Assembly (NCBI RefSeq): GCF_006345805.1
Contig: NC_043014.1
Coordinates: forward strand, 22,568,001 to 22,632,000
Length of the DNA stretch: 64,000 nucleotides
Direction: 5' to 3'
From: Octopus sinensis
Taxonomy: Eukaryota
Part shown: piece by piece, positions 52,325 to 64,000 of the stretch
Numbering within the stretch: position 1 is the first letter of the stretch
Layout of the letters: every line of letters starts with the position of its first letter
Made by a program: the position numbers and the translations under genes
The notes under the pieces: generated by a model
Database searches by the model: none
What the model saw: the letters and a program-made list of their open reading frames with translations, nothing else
Told to the model about the DNA's origin: nothing

Positions 52325-54892
52325 GAATAAAAAAATGGAGTTAACGCAGGTGTAATCAAATATTTTTACTTTCGACACATGTTTCGAAAATTCCACTGAT
52401 ACTATTCAAAAGAATAAATGGTATAAACAATGCAATCTTCTCCTCAGGAAAGTGAAAAAAAACGAAACTTGTCAATAAGACATTTTAGCAAAAAATGATG
52501 GATTTGTATAGTGATAGACAGAACGCTATTAATATTGTTTAAAAAAACGTTATATGATATAACGTCATAAGTAGCTAACAGAAAGAGTAAGGATATTAAT
52601 AGTGAATGTTAAATATAAAGGAAATTAAAGTTTAAACTATATATAATGATAGAGACTACTTATATGCACTAAATGTATGTTTTTGCCAATGCTTACATCT
52701 GTATGCTCGCTCTATAACCATGTTTACTAGAGTATTTAAAAAAAAAATAATGAAAAATAGCTCAGAATTACAGAGAAGACAGAATTTCTTGCCTTTGTCA
52801 TATGGTATCGAAATTGAGAGGATCAACCATTCTAAATGAAATTGTTTATTGTGGTCTTTTAAATCCCAAATCAGTTTGCTGAGACCGGTACTATTCCGTT
52901 TATTTCAATCCCTAAATGTTGAGTAATGGATAGAAATTCTTTTAGATAACTCTAACGATGTGCTTCCAATGTAAAATCGTACTTTATTACGAGTACTGAT
53001 TATACATTGGTATATAGAATTTTTAATCTTAGAGTTACTTGACATAAACTTAATTCTATTGGAATTGACTTCAGATACAATAACCTTGTTATTAATATTT
53101 CTAGAGGGTTGGATGGTATTAGCTAAAATTAATGTTAGTATTAGTAAATGTATTAATATTTAACAGTTTGTTATTATGAGAAGATATGATTTGCAAGAGA
53201 TTTTTTTGTGTTTGAAAAACCTATCCTAACCTTATGTGAATTGATTATAGAGTAATATCTAGAATTGTTTGGAAAATTCCTAGCAATAGCTTGACGAAAC
53301 AGCAGTGGGAGTTTAGATTTAATTTGCCTCCCGTAAGGAATTATTAACCAAATATTTTTACTAGTATTCATAGCGTAATTACTTTTGAAGGTGTTATATT
53401 TACTTTTAGATCGATAATAGGGGATTAAATAAGGGTTATCTGCTTTCATTCGCTTTGTATCGGTGCGTAAGTTATGTTTGTTATCAATAATTCTTTTACG
53501 ACTAGAAATCTTATCTACATTATTGAATTTACAATTAGACTGAGCAGAATCAATGTAGAAAATTTTTTCTGTATAACCTGTTTTGATTAAGGCAGAGTTA
53601 TAGAATTCAGCGTTATTATTGAAAATATCAACATTAGCAGATAATTTAGATAATCTAAATGAAATATTCTTAACTAAGTTCTTAGTAATTGCTCCAGGAT
53701 GATTACTAAATTTGCTAATGTACTTAAGATTGGTCAACGGTTTATGATATGGGAAGTAAGAGTCACTGTGTAAATTAAGCGTAATATCTAAAAAGTTGGC
53801 CTTCGTCAGATCGTCATCAAAAACGATTTTTAAGCCCATTCTACTGAAAAAATTAACTAAACTATTCTTAACTTTTTGTACCTTTTGGTTGGAAACATTT
53901 TGGAGGTAAAGTAAACAATTATCACGATATAGACCTCCATAAATTTTAGAGAACTCTTCAGCCATTTCAAAAAGAATATATATACAGACCAAATCAGCTA
54001 TCTGAGCTGAATCAGAACTTCACATTGGTATATCAAAACTATCTGGTGTGTCTTTACGGACCCACAACTTATCATCAAATTTAATAATAGATCTTCTGGC
54101 TGCCAACACAACATTAATTTCTTCTCGGGTGAGACCAGCTTTGTTATGAGCAAGCCAAAGTGCCTTATTAAGTACTATTGGATTAATAGCTGAATAAAAA
54201 TTGGAAATATCAAACTGGATAAACTTTGTACTCACCTTATTGTTAATAGAACTAAACCAGTCAACTACTTCAAATGAATTAGTCCATAAACTAAGTTTTA
54301 ATGTTTTGATTAAATTAGGAATATATTTATTTAGTTTATTTTTACTAAGGATACCGATGTCAGAGCTAGAAGGGCAGATAAGCCTTAATGATGGGTTAGT
54401 AAAAAAATTTGGTTTGTGATCCTTCAAAATGAACTGAAGTTGCTTAGGAACAAGTGGTTCTGTCTTCATTTGTAGGTTATATTTCTCCATGATTTTCATA
54501 GCCTCAATGTTGGCTTTCTTAAGGATTCTTTTATCAGCAGTTTTATACTTTTTCTGAATTTCTTTTTTAAGTAATTCCAAATAATAATCTTTATAAAGTT
54601 TGTACAGATTTCCAGTCTTATCAGATTGAACCAACATAATATCCATAGAATTGATTTCCTTGGTGATGTTGCGAAGATACCTCAGATGTTTATTTCTTAG
54701 TGGTGGTCGTTGAAATTTTACATTTCTCACAATAGACCAGAGATCATCTTCAAATTGCTTCAATCTTGGGTTAGGCAGCGGACTATTTTTAGATTTAAAT
54801 AACTTGTTAAACTCAGATGTTTTATCATTAGTGTGTTGTTGAGTGTCATTTTTGTCAAAGAAAAAGGTAAGCCATCTTATATATATATGCAT
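52325..54892 (-). mobile_element. Penelope-like retroelement (YRDD-type RT + GIY-YIG), degenerate
   Basis: LKDHKPNF..RLICP, FIQFDISNFY, FDIPM*S.DSAQIADLV, GLYRDNCL, NFLDITLNL, PYHKP; C-terminal FYIGST..STGLSKLIWDLK..CLLC (~52690-53000). Confidence 0.92.
52368..52453 (-). ncRNA. Canonical-core type-I hammerhead with long stem II in PLE 3' region
   Basis: actttc-CTGAGGA-gaagatt g cattg...cagtg g aattttc-GAAA-catgtg-TC-gaaagt; 6-bp helix I, GUC site. Confidence 0.85.
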
Positions 54893-55059
54893 ATTATATT
54901 ATCTATCTATTTCTTTATCACGTAAACATAGTACCGATAGCTTCATCTTCCTGTTTGTCTTAAGATCATGCATATCTGTTAATTGCAATGTTTTATTTAT
55001 TTTTCCTAATCAAGGTTATCATTTCGTTCATTCATTCTCTCTAAATTTCTTTAACCATA

Positions 55060-58000
55060 GTATACAAGGGCAGAAGACGATGCACTACTCTAAACTTGCT
55101 GGTTCGCGGTGCACCTGCCCTCCCATCCCCTCCACCTTAACCGGAAGTCCCTAACCTGTCTTCCTCGTTTACCTCCCACGAACACTTCTAAGGGTCAAAT
55201 GCCACCCCACCCCAATGTAGGGTCTATTTAATCATATAGCGCATGAAAATGGTGTAGTGTCCGTAGATTGTAGTCTAGTGTTTCTTATGAATTCTGCCAA
55301 ATGTAAGCTTTCTTTTCAGGTACATGACACTGCTGTCCCTCATCCCAGGGTCTCACAGGCCCACACCTCCCACACCCTCAGAGTTGGTACACTCAAGGTT
55401 GGCACACTGTAAGGTAGGTCTGGTGAGATTGTTGAGTGGAGACGTGTAGATTTGTGCTGCATCCAAGAACTAAGGTGGAGAGAAGGTTCCGCTAGGTTCC
55501 TCACAGGCAAAGAACACAGGTACAAGATTTTCTGGACAGGGAACACTGATGGGGTCAGGGGCGTGGGTATACTTCTTGCGGAGAATTGGGTTGATAAGGT
55601 AATCGAGGTAGTCAGAGTATGTGACAGAGTACTTAAGATTAGATTAGTGCTTCACCATAGGTCAGTTACCATTATATTGGCCTATGCCCCTCAGCCGGGG
55701 CTACCGGAGGGGCAGAAAGACCGATTCTATGATGCCCTATTGCAGACTACCTCGTTGACGAATGACAGAGACCTTCTTTTTGTGGCTGGTGATTTCAATG
55801 GACATGTTGGACAACGTTCAGGGGGCTTCCATGGCATACATGGAGGCTATGGTTTTGGTTTCCACAATGAGGGGGGAACCAGACTGCTGGAGTTCTGTGG
55901 TGCAAATGATCGTATGGTTTGCAATACCAACTTCAGGAAACCCGCCCATCACCTAGTCACCTATCATTCTGGCAGACACACTAGTCAAATTAACTATATC
56001 CTCGCCAGAAAAAGGGAAAGAGGGCTGCTTATAAATGCCAAAGCCTTCCCAGGCAAAGAATGTACTCCTCAACATAGATTAGTAGTTATCGACTTCAGGA
56101 TCAGGGCTGAATGGATGCCCAGAAGAAAACCAGCCTGGAGGAGAAGGGTCTGGAAACTTAAAGATTCTGCAAATGGGCAGAGATTTAGAAACGTATTACT
56201 CGAAGCCTTTGATGAAATAGAAGGGGATGTAGCATCACATAATGTGGAAGACAACTGGAAGTTTCTACGGGACAACCTGCTGAGAGACACTTACCAGATC
56301 TGTGGCTGGTGCAAAGTCCCCACTCGACCCAAGGTAACGTGGTGGTGGAACAATGAGGTTGACAGGGCTATTAGACAAAAGAAACAGGCTTGGAAGGACT
56401 GGAAGAATGGAGGGAACTGTATCAGACTGCCAGAAGGGAAGCTAAGAGACAGTTTATTTAGCCAGAGGGGAAGCAGATAAGAAAAAATTTGCCAATGTTC
56501 TGCGCTGTGAGGACCAAAGACTTGAGGTATTTCGTGTTGCAAGACAGTGTGTGAGAGAGAATCGTGATGTGGTAGGAGAGAAATGTGTTCGCATGGATGA
56601 TGGTTCACTTGCGCTAAATGAGGATGCAAAGAGAGAGGTTTGGAGATGCCACTGTGAAAGGTTGCTGAATAAAGAAAATGAATGGGATAAAGAGAGTCTG
56701 CCGAATGTCAACCCAACAGAGGGACCAGCTATCCGAGTTGACAGTTCTTTGGTAGTTAAGGCAATTAGAAGCATGAAGACAGGGAAAGCCCCAGGCCCAT
56801 CAGGAATTACTGCAGAGATGCTCAAAATATCTGGCAGTGTAGCAGCATAATAGTCAACTGCTACAAAGGTAAAAGTGACGCCCTAGATACAAATTGTTAC
56901 AGAGGTATCAAGCTGTTGGATCAGGTAATGAGAGGATCATAACACAACTGATTAGGGAGAGAGTCAACTTGGATGAGATACAGTTTGGTTTTGTGCCAGG
57001 GAAAAGCACCACTGATGCCATATTTCTGGTGAGACAGCTGCAGGAGAAATACCTAGCCAAAGATAAGCCCCTGTACCTGGCTTTCGTTGACATGGAGAAA
57101 GCCTTCGACAGGGTCCCCTGATCCCTTATCTGGTGGTCAATGAGGAAACTAGGGATAGATGAATGGCTAGTGAGAGCTGTGCAAGCCATGTACAGGGACA
57201 CTGTAAATAAAGTAAGGGTTGGCAACGTGTACACTGAAGAATTCAAGGTAGAGGTTGAGGTCCACCAGGGTTCAGTCCTCAGCCCCCTCCTATTTATCAT
57301 AGTCCTCCAGGCAATTACGGAGGAATTCAAGACAGGATGCCCCTGGGAGCTCCTCTATGCTGACAACCTTGCTCTAATTGCTGAGTCACTATCAGAACTG
57401 GAGGAGAAGTTTCAGGTGTGGAAGCAAGGATTAGAATCGAAGGGCCTTAGAGTCAACCTAGCTAAAACCAAAGTCCTAATAAGTAGGAAGGTAGCCAAAC
57501 CACAAACGCCTTCAGGTAGATGGCCCTGCTCAATCTGTAGAAAAGGCATAGGTAGAAACTCTATAAGATGTACCCAGTGTAAGCTATGGACACATAAGAG
57601 ATGCAGCAATGCCAAAGGAAGGCTAACTAGGAAGATAGTTTTTGTATGTGGCAGATGCTCAGGAGCAATAAACACTGAAAATGTGCAGAAAACAACTTCC
57701 GTCACTTTCCAGGGGGAAAAATTAGAAGGAGTTGATAGCTTCCATTACCGAGGTGACCAAGTCAGTAGCGGGGGTGGGTGTGCTGAAAGTGTAACTGCTA
57801 GAGTAAGAATAGCCTGGGCAAGGTTCAGAGAGCTCTTACCCCTGCTGGTGACAAAAGGCCTCTCGCCCAGAGTAAAAGGCAGACTGTATGATGCATGTGT
57901 ACGAACAGCCATGCTACATGGCAGTGAAACATGGGCCATGACTGCTGAGGACATGCATAAGCTCACGAGGAATAAAGCCAGTATGCTTCGATGGATGTGT

Positions 58001-58960
58001 AATGTCAGTGTACATACTCAACAGTGTGTAAGTACCTTGAGAGAAAAGTTGGACCTAAGAAGCATCAGCTGTGGTGTGCAAGAGAGACGATTGCGCTGGT
58101 ATGGTCATGTGGCGAGAATGGATGAAGATAGGTGTGTGAAAAAGTGCCAATCCCTAGCAGTTGAGGGAACCCGTGGAAGAGGTAGACCCAGGAAAACCTA
58201 GGACGAGGTGGTGAAGCACGACCTTTGAACTTTAGGCCTCACGGAGGCAGTGACTAGTGACCGAGACATTTGGAAATATGCTGTGTGTGAGAAGACCCGA
58301 CAGGACAAGTGAGTCCATCCTGTGTCCTTTGCCAGGGATGTAGCCAGCCCACTTATGCATGCCTTTCCTTCCTTGGACACGCGAAGACCTGTTGAGGCAA
58401 ACGAAGTCGAAATCGAATTCAAAATCGAACCTCATCCCACGACAGGCACCCATGCCAACTCCCTCCGTTGGACACTAAACTCTGCTTGTAAAGACCTGTT
58501 GGGGCAAGTGAAATCGGAATCGAAATTGAACCAATCCTATGACTGGCACCCAGCAGTTGCCAGGGCCACTGGACTGACTCCTGTGCAGGTGGCAAGTAAA
58601 GAAACACCGTTTCGACCCTGTTCTTGAGGAGATCCATTGAGTCAAGTACACCAACATCAAAAATCAATGGAAACTGCAGTTGTGATCCCTGTGCCGGTGG
58701 CACATAAAAAGCACCATCCAAACGTGGCCGATGCCAGCGCTGCTTAGACTGGCTTCTGTGCTGGTTGCACGTAAAAAGCACCATCCGAATGTGGCCGATG
58801 CCAGCGCTGCCTTGACTGGCTTCCATACGGTGGCATGTAAAAAGCACCAATCCGATTGTGGCCATTGCCATCCTCGCCTGGCACATAAAAAGCACCCACT
58901 ACACACACGGAGTGGTTGGCGTTAGGAAGGGCATCCAGCTGTAGAAACACTGCCAGATCA
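55060..58960 (+). mobile_element. Near full-length RTE-clade LINE with UTRs, degenerate
   Basis: APE 55452-56480 (CCIQE, YAPQ, GDFNGH), RT 56551-58201 (DMEKAFD, HQGSVLSP, YADN, RLRWYGHV); 3' UTR with ~57-bp repeats. Confidence 0.95.
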
Positions 58961-59259
58961 TATATATATATATCATCATCATCATCATCATTTAATGTTC
59001 GTTTTCCATGCTAGCATGGGTTGGACGGTTTGACTGGGGACTGGGAAGCCCTTCTTAACGCCAACCACTCCGTGAGTGTAGTGGGTGCTTTTTACGTGCC
59101 ACTGGCACAGGTATCACAGTTACAATTTCCATAGGTCTCCTCATGCACAGCAGGTCGCCCTACAATCCAAGGTAAGCAGAGCATGCCGTCCTGTGATCCA
59201 AAGCACTTTGCATGGGCTGGGGCTTCTATGTAAAGCTGGTGCAGTAAACAGCCATGAAC

Positions 59260-61428
59260 TCACATTATTTGTTGGATCTTCGCAGTCACAGCATATCTCC
59301 ACAGGTCTCGGTCTTTCGTCATGGCCTCTGTGAGACTCAATGTTCGATGGTCATGCTTGACTACCTCATCCTGTATCTTCCTGGGTCTACCTCTACCCCG
59401 GATTCCTTCAACTGTTTGGAAGTGGCACTTCTTCACACATCTCTCTCCATCCATCTGTAGTACATGACCATACCAGCGCAGACGTCTCTCTTGCATGCCA
59501 CATCCAATGCTTTTTACGTCCAGTATTTCTCTCAGGGCACTTACACTCTGTCGTGTGGACACACTGACATTACACATCCAGCGGATCATGCTAGCTTCAT
59601 ATCTTTCAAGCCTACGCATGTCCTCTGCAGTCACAGCCTATGTTTCACTACCATGAAGCATGGCAGTTTGTACACAATCTACCTTTCACTCTGAGCAAGA
59701 GACTCTTTGTCAACAGTAGGGGTAGGAGCTTTCTAAACTTTGCCCAGGCTATTCGAATTCTAGTGGTAAGACTCTCTGAGCATCCACCCCCACTACTAAC
59801 TTGGTCACCTAGGGAGCAGACACTATCAACTACTTCTAGTTTCTCACCCAGGAGTGTAATGGAATCTGTTTTCTCAGTATCAATGATGTCTATTGCCCCT
59901 GCACATGAAAGCTATCTTCTCAGTTAATTTTCCTTTGATGTTGCTGCACCTCTTATGTGTCCATAACTTACACTAGGTACATGTTATGGAGTTTCTACCT
60001 ACACCTTTTCTACAGATCGAGCAGGGCCACCTACCTGAAGTGGTGTGTGGTGTGTTTGCCTTCCTACTTACTAGAACTTTGGTCTTTGCTGCATTGACTC
60101 TAAGGCCTTTTGATTCTAAACCTAGCTTCCACATACAAAATTTCTTTTCTAAACCCTCCTTCCACACCTGGAACTTCTCCTCCAGTTCTGATAGTGACTC
60201 AGCAATTAGAGCGAGGTCGTCAGCATAGAGGAGCTCCCAGGGGTAACCTGTCTTGAATTCCTCCACAATTGCCTGGAGGACTATGATAAATAGGAGGGGG
60301 CTGAGTACTGAAACCTGGTGGACCCCAACCTCTACTTTGAATTCTTCTGTGTACATGTTGCCAACCCTAACCTTACTTACGGCATCTCTGTACATGGCTT
60401 GCACAGCCCTCACCAGCCATTCATCTATCCCTAGTTTCCTCATTGACCACCAGATGAGGGATTGGGGGACCCTATCAAAGGCTTTCTCCATGTCAACGAA
60501 AGCCAGGTACAGGGGCTTATCTTTGGCAAGGTATTTCTCCTGCAGCTGCCTTACCAGGAATATAGCATCAGTGGTGCTTTTCCCTGGCACAAACCCAAAC
60601 TGCATCTCATCTAAACTAACTCTCTCTCTAATTAGTTGGGCTATGACCCTCTCCGTAACCTTCATTACCTGATCCAACAGCTTGATACCTCTGTAATTAT
60701 TTGTATCTAGGGCATCACCTTTACCTTTGTAGCAGTTGACTAGTATGCTGCTACACCAGTCATTGGGTATGACTCCTTCGTGTATCACCTGGTTGACTAT
60801 ACGGGTGACTAGGTTATAGCCGACACTGCCAGATATTTTGAGCATCTCTGCAGTAATTCCTGATGGGCCTGGGGCTTTCCCTGTCTTCATGCTTCTAATT
60901 GCCTTAGCTACCACGGAACTATCAACTCGGATAGCTGGTCCCTCTGTTGGGTCAACATTCGGCAGACTCTCTTTATCCCATTCATTTTCTTTATTCAGCA
61001 ACCTTTCATAGTGGCATCTCCAAACCTCTCTCTTTGCATCCTCATTTAGCGCAAGTGAACCATCATCCATGCGAACACACTTCTCTCCTACCACATCACG
61101 ATTCTCTCTCACACACTGTCTTGCAACACGAAATACCTCAAGTCTTTTATCTTCATGGCTCAGAACATTGGCAAATTTTTTCTTATCCGCTTCTCCTCTG
61201 GCTAAATAAACCTGTCTCCTTGCTTCCCTTTTGGCTGTCTGATACAATTCCCTGCTACCACCGTTCTTCCAGTCCTTCCAAGCCTGTCTCTTTTGTCTAA
61301 TAGCCCTGTCAACCACAGTGTTCCACCACCATGTTACTCTGGGTCGAGATGGTACTTTGCTCCATCCACAGATCTGGTCAGTGGCTGTCAGCAGATTGTC
61401 CCGTAGGAATCTCCAGTTGTCTTCCACA
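59260..61428 (-). mobile_element. RTE-clade LINE, composite of two subfamily segments
   Basis: ORF 59973-61427 (484 aa, YADD); more diverged 3' part 59260-60140. Confidence 0.92.
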
Positions 61429-62280
61429 TTAAGTGAAGCTATTACTGTTATTTTCTACTTGAAAGTCAACAATCGTTGCTATCCTTGTCGTCTGTCTCCA
61501 TTCACACAGCATCTCACTGCAGACATCAGTTACCTTGCCACCTGTGTGGCACAATACATGGCCATTCATCTCTTGAAAGTCCGGTACCAGCCTGACTTTA
61601 TCCTTTGTTGGCTGCACCACTGCAATTAGTGGTTGCACTCTGCTTATCACCTCCTCCCTCCATGGGATAAGGACACCCTCCTTAAACCCACCTCTCTACC
61701 TCTCCTTCAAAATCATTCTTGGCATATCTCTTCAAGGTATGCAGATAGCAGCTCACCCTGTTCTTCAGCATCGGGAGCTCTCCTTTCCAGTGTCACACTA
61801 CCATCCACTACTGACCGTTGATCACTGGCTGAAAATCCTGAGCAGAGCTTTGCTCCCTCTCATGTTGCAGACTAACAGTACTTGACGTCCCTGCACCACC
61901 AAATGAAACCACATCTCCACCAACAATGACAACTCCAAGGTGGTTGATTGTGTCCATGTCCATCGCCACATCAATTCTGTCGACCACATGGGCAATCACA
62001 ATCGCCCAAAGCCTCAGTATTGTACTCCACACCACTATCCCCACATCACTGCTACCCTTACATCTAATTTTGCTGTCAACAACCACCCAAATACTACACG
62101 TCCCATTCAATTTTTCAGTCATCATTGGGGCTCATGAGAGACGTTGAACAGCCTGTATCCATGAGGGCTTTGAATGCCTTTCCCCCAACCAGGACTTCAA
62201 GTACATGCAGTGCTTCTACTTGCTTGTGGGGGAAGTTTGAGAGGTAGCAACTTCTCCATGGCCTTTTCTCTGGCTGCAGT
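61429..62280 (-). pseudogene. Gypsy pol fragment (aspartic protease + RT start)
   Basis: [21 protein letters not shown]; PLIAVVQPTKDKVRLVPDF. Confidence 0.75.
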
Positions 62281-62395
62281 TTATATAAATATATATATAT
62301 GCAGTTTATATATACATATATATATGTATATGTATATGTATATGTATATATATATGTATATGTATATGTATATATATATGTACATGTATATGTAT

Positions 62396-62429
<34 letters not shown>

Positions 62430-62537
62430 ATATCTATGTATATATGTATATATATATATGTATATATATATATATGTATATATATATGATATATATATAT
62501 GTATATACATATGTGTATATATGTATATGTATATATG

Positions 62538-62579
<42 letters not shown>

Positions 62580-62614
62580 TATGTATATATGTAATATATA
62601 TATATGTATATATG

Positions 62615-62645
<31 letters not shown>

Positions 62646-62676
62646 TATATATGTAATATGTATATATATATATGTA

Positions 62677-62720
<44 letters not shown>

Positions 62721-62757
62721 ATGTATATATGTATATATATATATGTATATATGTATG

Positions 62758-62788
<31 letters not shown>

Positions 62789-63403
62789 GTAATATATATA
62801 TATATATATATATAATATATATATATATATGTATATATGTATAATATATATATATATGTATATATGCATATATGTATATATATATAGATATATATGTATA
62901 TATGTATATATATATAGATATATATGTATATATGTATATATATATAGATATATGTATATATGTATATAGATATGTATATATGTATATATATATAGATATG
63001 TATATATATGTATATATGTATATATATATATGTATATAAATATGCATATATATATATGTATATAAATATATATATATATATATGTATTATATATATATAT
63101 GTATGTATATATATGTAATATATATATATATGTATATTATATATATATATGTATATATATGTATATATGTATATTATATATATATGTATATATATGTATA
63201 TATGTATATATATATATATGTATATATATATATACATATATACATATATATACATATATACATATAATGTATATATATATATACATATATATACATATAT
63301 ACATATAATGTATATATATACATATATACATATATATACATATATACATATAATGTATATATATATATACATATATACATATATATACATATATACATAT
63401 AAT

Positions 63404-63441
<38 letters not shown>

Positions 63442-63442
63442 A

Positions 63443-63487
<45 letters not shown>

Positions 63488-63503
63488 TATATATATATAT
63501 ATG
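62281..63503. repeat. ~1.2-kb (TA)n/(TATG)n microsatellite
   Basis: Direct inspection. Confidence 0.98.
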
Positions 63504-64000
63504 TAAAGACAGAAAACAGGCAGTTGTGAGCAATGGAGCCACCTCCAAGGAAACGCAAATAACAAGCGGTGTCCCACAGGGCACTGTCTTGGGGCCACTG
63601 ATGTTCATAGTGGCCCTTTCAGACATGCCTTCAGTTGCTACGATGACCACCCTTGCTAGCTATGCAGATGACACAAAAGTCTCCCACACAATACAAAACC
63701 CTGAAAATATTGCGCATCTGCAATATACAGGTGGGCTGAGGACAACAACATGCAGTTTAATGCAGGTAAGTTCCAGGCCCTGCGCTACTGGCACACAAAG
63801 GTAAATGACGTGAAGACTGGATACACTGGCCCAGGAAGAATTGCAATCCCTGAGTCAAAATCAGTGCGTGACCTGGGCATTGACATGAGCAATGATGCAT
63901 CTTTCCAAATGCATATTGCTAATCTGGTGATAAAATGCAGACGGCTAGCTGGATGGATTCTCCGAACTTTCAGAACAAGAGAGAAGGAGACACTGATGGT
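63504..64000 (+). pseudogene. CR1/L2/Jockey-group RT fragment
   Basis: [31 protein letters not shown]; runs off the window end. Confidence 0.85.

Noticed and set aside
62115-63650. Long YI/IY-rich ORFs
   Set aside because: Translations of the (TA)n microsatellite; only the flanking Gypsy and CR1 parts are real coding remnants.

Overview
Repeat-dominated, AT-rich eukaryotic DNA with no confidently identifiable host gene. The SINE families, (TA)n/(CA)n density and LINE repertoire suggest an octopus/cephalopod genome (inference). Content: four Penelope-like element (PLE) remnants with RT and/or GIY-YIG domains, a near-intact 5.5-kb L1/Tx1-clade element with a 17-bp TSD, several RTE-clade LINE copies whose RT carries a PHD-type (C4HC3) insertion, R4/Dong- and CR1-like fragments, an internally deleted Gypsy element with two LTRs, Tc1/mariner relics and MITEs, and tRNA-derived SINEs. 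The most striking unexplained layer is a dense set of minimal type-I hammerhead ribozyme (HHR) motifs, found by eye at about 10 loci. They occur downstream of PLE ORFs, at the apex of fold-back palindromes in (TA)n tracts, and in a ~361-bp retrozyme-like tandem unit. The Tx1 element has inserted into that unit immediately beside its ribozyme. All RNA structures are manual base-pairing inspections, not computed folds or assays, and most boundaries are approximate.
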